Source: an uncultured Acidobacteriota bacterium (lineage in GTDB: Bacteria > Acidobacteriota > UBA6911). Taken from it: a stretch of DNA of 64,000 nucleotides. Position numbers and translations under genes: made by a program. Under the pieces are notes generated by a model, which searched no databases, had not been told where the DNA came from, and saw nothing but the letters and a program-made list of their open reading frames with translations. The stretch is from assembly GCA_963827655.1 (NCBI GenBank), contig CAWHCF010000043.1, positions 32,001 to 96,000 of the forward strand, in the 5' to 3' direction. This document shows, piece by piece, positions 56,843 through 64,000 of this stretch (its first letter is position 1; every line of letters starts with the position of its first letter).

Positions 56843-56875
56843 GCAATCTCCAGGGCCGCCCGCCGTGAGGGGCCC

Positions 56876-56914
56876 AAAAGAAAAGGCGGCAAGGCCGAAA
56901 ACACCCTGCCGCCT
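56876..56914 (-). terminator. Intrinsic terminator after radical SAM gene
   Basis: AGGCGGCAGGG-loop-CCTTGCCGCCT followed by TTTCTTTT on the minus strand. Confidence 0.75.
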
Positions 56915-56939
56915 ACGGTTCGTTCAATTGTGTTCTTGC

Positions 56940-58895
<1,956 letters not shown>

Positions 58896-59176
58896 AAAGT
58901 TCCATTCTCCTTGAGACCGATTTGTAAGCGCGTTATGACAGCTTCGATTCCCATTTCGGGAGTCAAAACCTCTCTCCGCTGTCCTGAAGCACGCTCAAAC
59001 TAGTTCAGCTTCAACGTCTTATCCCCAAAAGGATAGACTAAGGGCTCAACCGGTAGCGGCTTTTGACCGGGGGAATATATCACAAGGATGCAAAAAATAG
59101 AATCCTTAGGAAATGATCTTTCGCGATTCCTGGATTTCGCCTGCACGCAAATGCCAGAAACCTGCCCAGGTGAAAT

Positions 59177-60484
59177 TTAGGTGAACTTCTCCAGGCTCAG
59201 ATCCGACTTCCAACTCTGGTTCGTCTTGAGTAGCTGGTTCCAGGTCATTTCCTTGCCGTCGTAGGATGATTGCCGTCCCAGGATGGCGCTCAGGGTTGAT
59301 TCGGCTCCCTGGACCAGCTGATTGTGGAACTGACCGGTTTTGATGGAATCGACGAAAGCCTTGACCTTCTCGGGTGTGGCCTCACTGAGAGGATCGACTT
59401 CCATCTTCTGCTTTTCCGCTGTCGGCTTAGGAGGCTCCGCCTTCCATTCACTGAGTCCCGCGATAAACACTCCCCCGCTGTAATGCGCCTCGGCATATCC
59501 CTTGCTGCCCAGGAACCGAACGCAGACATCGGCCCATTTGGGAAGAAACTGCGTCGACTGAAAGCCGACCCGAACGTCGCCGGGATAGTGGTACATGGTG
59601 ACGAAGTGATCCGAAACGTCGCCGACGTCGGTACGAACCCTGCGCCCCGCGCTGGCGTAAGCCTTTTCAGGATGTGATTTCAATACCCAGTTGATCCAGT
59701 CGAGAATGTGGACATTCTGCTCGACCAGAATATCCCCACTCAGTACGCGATCGAAGAACCAGTCGCGGATTTTCGCCTCCTGCGGCGACATTCCCGGTTT
59801 GGTTCTTCGCGGAAGATCACCGGCCAGATAGTAACTTTGAACGCAGGCAATGTCGCCGATGGCGCCTTCGTGAATGCGCCTCGTCATTTCCTTGTATTCG
59901 GGAGAGTAGCGAATCTGAAATCCGACGTGAACGCTCTGTTTCCCCTCCACTTTCGCGGCGAGCTCCTGCACTTTCTTGCAGCCACGCACGTCGGTCGCCA
60001 CCGGCTTCTCCAGGTAGATATGCTTCTTGCCGGCGACGGCGCCTTCGAGGTGTTCCGGATGGAAATAGGGAGGCGTTGAGATGAGCACGATGTCGATATC
60101 GGTATTGGAGAGATCGATGTAGGCGCGCGGTCCCTTGAACATCTTGCCCGCGTCTATTCCCGCGTGACCCTGAGCCTTGTTCAGACGGTCGAATGAACTC
60201 CGGGCCTTATCGAGTTGATCCTGGAAGAGGTCGGCCAATCCAGCCATCCGCACGCCGGCCCTCGTGACGAAAGACTCAGCCACGCTCGATCCGCGCCCGC
60301 CGCAGCCGATCATCCCTAGCTGAAGAGTTGAATTCGCCCGGCTGCCGAAAGCGATTTCCGGCGTCGTGAGAAGAATTCCAGCGCCGGCGGCGCCGGCCGA
60401 TTTTACGAAGTCTCGCCGCCCCATTGCGGCGTCGTTAACGTCTTTTCCCGCTTTGATTGTCATAGCTCTGCTCCCTGATGGCAT
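59177..60484 (-). CDS. Gfo/Idh/MocA oxidoreductase with Tat signal
   Basis: RRDFVK, IGCGGRG, EKPVA, SGDILVEQNVHILD. Confidence 0.92.
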   Translation of the reverse strand: MPSGSRAMTIKAGKDVNDAAMGRRDFVKSAGAAGAGILLTTPEIAFGSRANSTLQLGMIGCGGRGSSVAESFVTRAGVRMAGLADLFQDQLDKARSSFDRLNKAQGHAGIDAGKMFKGPRAYIDLSNTDIDIVLISTPPYFHPEHLEGAVAGKKHIYLEKPVATDVRGCKKVQELAAKVEGKQSVHVGFQIRYSPEYKEMTRRIHEGAIGDIACVQSYYLAGDLPRRTKPGMSPQEAKIRDWFFDRVLSGDILVEQNVHILDWINWVLKSHPEKAYASAGRRVRTDVGDVSDHFVTMYHYPGDVRVGFQSTQFLPKWADVCVRFLGSKGYAEAHYSGGVFIAGLSEWKAEPPKPTAEKQKMEVDPLSEATPEKVKAFVDSIKTGQFHNQLVQGAESTLSAILGRQSSYDGKEMTWNQLLKTNQSWKSDLSLEKFT

Positions 60485-60636
60485 AGGATTCTAACCCAAG
60501 TCACCCAAGACGGCGAGTGAAGAAAATCCGATGTTCCCCGTTAAGATACTTCGCGTTTTCCTGGTGTCTTCGTGTCTTTGTGGTTGGCAACGGAAGAAGA
60601 TAAACCGCAGAGACGCAAAGACTCGAAGAAACCCGC

Positions 60637-61479
60637 TCAATCGACGAGTCGGTAGCGCGGCTGAAGCGGGTTCGCGCCGGGATCCTCGACCTTCACTTTT
60701 CCGGACTGAGCGAGGGCATCGAGATGGGCCAGCACCGATTGCTGAGCGGCCGGGTAAAGGCCAGGGTCCACTCCCGCGTAGATATGACGGACGATTGCCG
60801 GGACGGTCTCGATGCCGGCGCGCAGCGCCTCCACCACCTGGGTCGTGCGCATCTTTCTGTGAGCAATCAACTCTTCGATCCGGCTGTTCGCGTCGTAAAT
60901 CGGCGCGCCGTGCGCCGGGTACATGATGGCGACATCGACAGAGCGCAGGCGCTCGAGCGATGCCAGATAGCTGTTCAAATCGCCGTCCGGGCGCGCAATG
61001 ACTGAAGTCGACCAGCCCATCACGTGATCTCCGGTAAAAAGAGAGCGCTCCTGCCGAAGGAAATAGGAGACATGATCGCTGATGTGGCCCGGAGTGTATA
61101 GGACCTCAAGGCTCCAGTCCCCATCGCCTATGACATCACCCTCACTCACCTGGTGGGTGGGTTCATAGCCATTGTGGGATTTGTAACCGAATGTCGGCGC
61201 CCCCAGAGCCCGCGCCAGGCGCGGTGCCATGGGCCAGTGATCGGGATGGGCGTGACTGGGCGCGATGCCGCGGACAGGAGTCGAGCCAATCAGCCGCATT
61301 ACCGCATCAAAGTGCTCGTCAGTGTTTTCTCCGGGATCCAGGATAAAAAGGGAGTGCAGGCCGATCAGATAGGTATTGGTGCCCGGACCGGTCATGAGTC
61401 CGGGATTGTTTTGAGTCACGCGCCGGACGCGTCGCGACAGCTGAACCACCTCCCCGGGTACGATTGAAGCGCTACTCAT
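60637..61479 (-). CDS. MBL-fold metallo-hydrolase (LACTB2-like)
   Basis: NPGLMTGPGTNTY, SHAHPDH, TPGH, GDHV, PAHG. Confidence 0.92.
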   Translation of the reverse strand: MSSASIVPGEVVQLSRRVRRVTQNNPGLMTGPGTNTYLIGLHSLFILDPGENTDEHFDAVMRLIGSTPVRGIAPSHAHPDHWPMAPRLARALGAPTFGYKSHNGYEPTHQVSEGDVIGDGDWSLEVLYTPGHISDHVSYFLRQERSLFTGDHVMGWSTSVIARPDGDLNSYLASLERLRSVDVAIMYPAHGAPIYDANSRIEELIAHRKMRTTQVVEALRAGIETVPAIVRHIYAGVDPGLYPAAQQSVLAHLDALAQSGKVKVEDPGANPLQPRYRLVD

Positions 61480-62332
61480 CGTCTGCTCGGTCCAGACTTG
61501 CCTGGAGTATTTCGGCCGGCGATGCTGCCGCGGGAATCGACTCCTCGAAACCTTCATCACCGGGAACGAGAATTCGAATACCGGTTTGATCTCTTACCAC
61601 GCGGGGTTGAATGGCCAGGATATTACGTGGAGCGCAAGCCACTGCTTCTGCGTCCCGGGTTTGCCCAAAGTCGCGCAGAAGCTCCAAATTGCGCAGCGTC
61701 GGAAAGATGACCAGCCACTCTTTATTGCGAGCCTTCTCCAGAGCCTCTTGAGGCGTTACCCAGGAAGAATCGGTGAGTTCCGAGCCGTCGTGAACCGCAG
61801 CCTGCCGTCTCGGCGCCACCGTAAGAAAAAACCGCGTGTCATAACGCCGCGGCTGGCCCTCCGGAGTGATCCAATGCGCCCAGTAATGAACTCGATCGGT
61901 TGCCAGTTTCAACCCCTCGCGCCGGGCCAGGTCCGAAATCGACAGTCGGCCCTGGTTCAGCTGTTCGCGATAGTCCCGGTAGCGCTTCTCAATGGCGGGG
62001 TCTCCGAAATCGAGAATCTGGCCGGCGGCATCGTACATCAACAGAACGCCCGATTCTTCGAAGCACTCTCGAATTGCGGCCACCCAGTAGCCCAGCCCAC
62101 CACGGGCGACCCCCAGCGCCGCGGACGCCGATTCATCGGTATGCCCGGCGCACAACCGCTCATCGACTTCATCATCCGGGTCGAGAACTCCGCCGGGGAA
62201 AACGTGGGCGCCGCCGACGAAATCAGACTTGAGGTGGCGCTTCAACATGAATACCTCGACGCCGCTCTTTCCATCCCGCAGCAGGATCACAGTCGACGCA
62301 TTTCGGACTGAATTCACTCGGCGCCACTCCAT
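61472..62332 (-). CDS. NUDIX hydrolase (Nudt19-like)
   Basis: VFPGG.LD, AAIRECFEESGV, HWITP...RRYDTRFF. Confidence 0.92.
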   Translation of the reverse strand: MEWRRVNSVRNASTVILLRDGKSGVEVFMLKRHLKSDFVGGAHVFPGGVLDPDDEVDERLCAGHTDESASAALGVARGGLGYWVAAIRECFEESGVLLMYDAAGQILDFGDPAIEKRYRDYREQLNQGRLSISDLARREGLKLATDRVHYWAHWITPEGQPRRYDTRFFLTVAPRRQAAVHDGSELTDSSWVTPQEALEKARNKEWLVIFPTLRNLELLRDFGQTRDAEAVACAPRNILAIQPRVVRDQTGIRILVPGDEGFEESIPAAASPAEILQASLDRADDE

Positions 62333-62411
62333 CGGCGTGCTTTGAACGATGCAGTTAGACTTAACTCATCCACTGGAAAAATCGATACCAGGTCGGCGTC
62401 CAGCATTGCGG

Positions 62412-62498
62412 TGGTGCCGAAGGGGGGACTCGAACCCCCACGAGCTTAAGCCCACTAGACCCTGAACCTAGCGCGTCTGCCAATTCCGCCACTTCGGC
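62412..62498 (-). tRNA. trnL: tRNA-Leu(CAG)
   Basis: GCCGAAG acceptor stem, GGAATTGGCAGAC D-arm, TTCAGGG anticodon loop, long variable arm, GTTCGAGTC, 3' CCA. Confidence 0.96.
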
Positions 62499-62600
62499 AC
62501 GTTGCGGATCAGATGATATAGGAAAAATGGCCGAGAGGCTACCTTTCCCTTTTTCTCCAGCTCCCAAAGATATCGATGCCGTGTCTTGAAAGGTAGCCTG

Positions 62601-63800
62601 TCAGCGAAGTCGCCACAGCGGAAGAATTTGTGCCAGCGCGCGAGGATCTTTACCGCGCAATCTTTCGGGATCGATTCCCAGCTGGCTCGCCTGCTGCATT
62701 GCCGCCTCCGCGCGGGCGTTTTCTCCCTGCGCCGCCAGGACGACACCCATCAGATAATGAAGTATCCCCACGCTGGGTTGGTACTTCAGCGCTTCTGAGA
62801 GTACGGCGAGCGCTTCAGCCTGGTTTCCCTGCAGATGGTGGGAGATTGCGAGATTGATGGCAATCACCGCATCGTTCTTGGCCAGGCTTTGAGCCTCCGC
62901 CAGGTATTGAAGGGCCGGCTGAAAATCTCCGGCGCGCAAGTAGGACGTTCCTGCATTGTTCAGGACTTCGGGGGGCCGGGCGTAAGGGATAATGTTGGAG
63001 AAGGCGCGCGCCGCATCGGAAAATGAGCCTTGCTTGCCATAGCAGATTCCGAGCATGAACTGGGTTTCGAGATATTGGGGTGGTTTGGTGCGCGCCTGTT
63101 GCAAGTGTCTGACCGCTCGCTGGCAATCATCCTTCTTGTAATAGTGATTTCCAAGATAGAACTGAGCCTCAGGAAGGTCGCTATACATTTCGACGGCCTT
63201 GAGCGAGAGTTTAAGCCGCGCTTCCGGGTCGTTCTGGCCGAGACTCCGCACGTAGTAGGTATAAGCCAGGTTGGGGATAGTGCGCGTCCTTTCCCGATAC
63301 TGATCGCGCGAAACACTCCGGGCGAGACCTTTCTGGTTCAAAATCTCCCAGGCCAGCTCGTTTTCCATTTGGGGCAAGGCTATCGAGGAACCTGACGTAG
63401 TAATCTCGTTACCCAGCTTCATCGATTTCAGATCGAGTACCTGCATCACAATCTGGATCGCATCCAACGTTCCCGAGTAAGATCCGAAAACCAGATGATC
63501 CGCCGCCCCCTGTTGCGCCACCCTTATCATGCTCGCGCGGCTGAGAGGCACATTGGGAGGGAGATCTGAGCTCTCCACCAGTCGCGTCATCTCCGCGCGC
63601 GGAGTAACGCGAACTCCGGGCATCTCGAGAGCCTCGCAGATCGAGACCGTCAAGCACTCTCCAATCCACGCCAGCGAGGCAGACTTGGTGAGGTTCTCGG
63701 CCGGGAATACCATGAGCGCAACGGCTTTCTCAGACTCCGCGCGCGCGATCCCGCAGGCCCAACAAGCAAGAATCAGAATGGAATGACGTAACCGCCTCAT
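62601..63800 (-). CDS. Secreted TPR protein with N-terminal TolB_N/FlgO-like domain
   Basis: Signal peptide, PAENL....AWIGE, GADHLVFGSY, several TPRs. Confidence 0.8.
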   Translation of the reverse strand: MRRLRHSILILACWACGIARAESEKAVALMVFPAENLTKSASLAWIGECLTVSICEALEMPGVRVTPRAEMTRLVESSDLPPNVPLSRASMIRVAQQGAADHLVFGSYSGTLDAIQIVMQVLDLKSMKLGNEITTSGSSIALPQMENELAWEILNQKGLARSVSRDQYRERTRTIPNLAYTYYVRSLGQNDPEARLKLSLKAVEMYSDLPEAQFYLGNHYYKKDDCQRAVRHLQQARTKPPQYLETQFMLGICYGKQGSFSDAARAFSNIIPYARPPEVLNNAGTSYLRAGDFQPALQYLAEAQSLAKNDAVIAINLAISHHLQGNQAEALAVLSEALKYQPSVGILHYLMGVVLAAQGENARAEAAMQQASQLGIDPERLRGKDPRALAQILPLWRLR

Positions 63801-63880
63801 TATCCTCTCGCGCGATCTCTCCGAAGAATTATGTGTACCATGCCGGCGAGCCGATCACAACCCAAGGCTTCCCCGTGTTT

Positions 63881-63970
63881 GATCTTTGCGTCTTCGTGTC
63901 TTCGTGGTTAGAGCTGCAAAACAAATACCACGAGGACACAAAGACACGAAGAAACGCCGAGAGTCTTCGC
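63881..63970. repeat. Back-to-back pair of CACGAAGAC-type repeat arms (family found throughout the window)
   Basis: CTTTGCGTCTTCGTGTCTTCGTGGT ... ACCACGAGGACACAAAGACACGAAGAAACGCC; AAACAAATACCAC also at about 55538. Confidence 0.85.
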
Positions 63971-64000
63971 CAAAAAGCAGGAAGGCCATCCGAGCCGCGA

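Noticed and set aside
58960-58995. GCGGAGAGA as the start of a glycine riboswitch
   Set aside because: Downstream GAAG/GCAA and CTCTCAGG elements are missing
62340-62498. tRNA-Leu as an island integration site
   Set aside because: No integrase and no duplicated tRNA 3' end noticed in the window

Overview
GC-rich bacterial chromosomal window, most consistent with Acidobacteriota (three Cna/carboxypeptidase-regulatory-domain TonB-dependent receptors, two Ser/Thr kinase-PD40 propeller proteins, DUF1501 fragment). It contains a split myo-inositol catabolic cluster (iolE-B-D-G, iolC separate, with a glycerophosphodiesterase), a doubly truncated IS1182 fragment, two type II toxin-antitoxin pairs, tRNA-Leu(CAG), and a radical SAM protein resembling tetraether synthase (Tes/GDGT-MAS). 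The best candidate for an undescribed system is a periplasmic redox cluster (about 29.7-56.8 kb): three cytochrome c-fused PHM/DBH-type copper monooxygenase homologs, two paralogous amidohydrolases with internal twin-arginine motifs each paired with a PQQ-type dehydrogenase, mono- and penta-heme cytochromes, and a 4x CPMH-type metal-binding protein. Part of it is bracketed by a perfect 24-bp inverted repeat. Intergenic DNA is dense in two kinds of short repeat (heptamer arrays and CACGAAGAC-type arms) that form MITE-like units, bracket gene blocks and overlap gene termini. About a dozen single-base frameshifts suggest uncorrected long-read errors, so split genes should not be called pseudogenes without read support. 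All assignments come from manual motif recognition; no searches were run.
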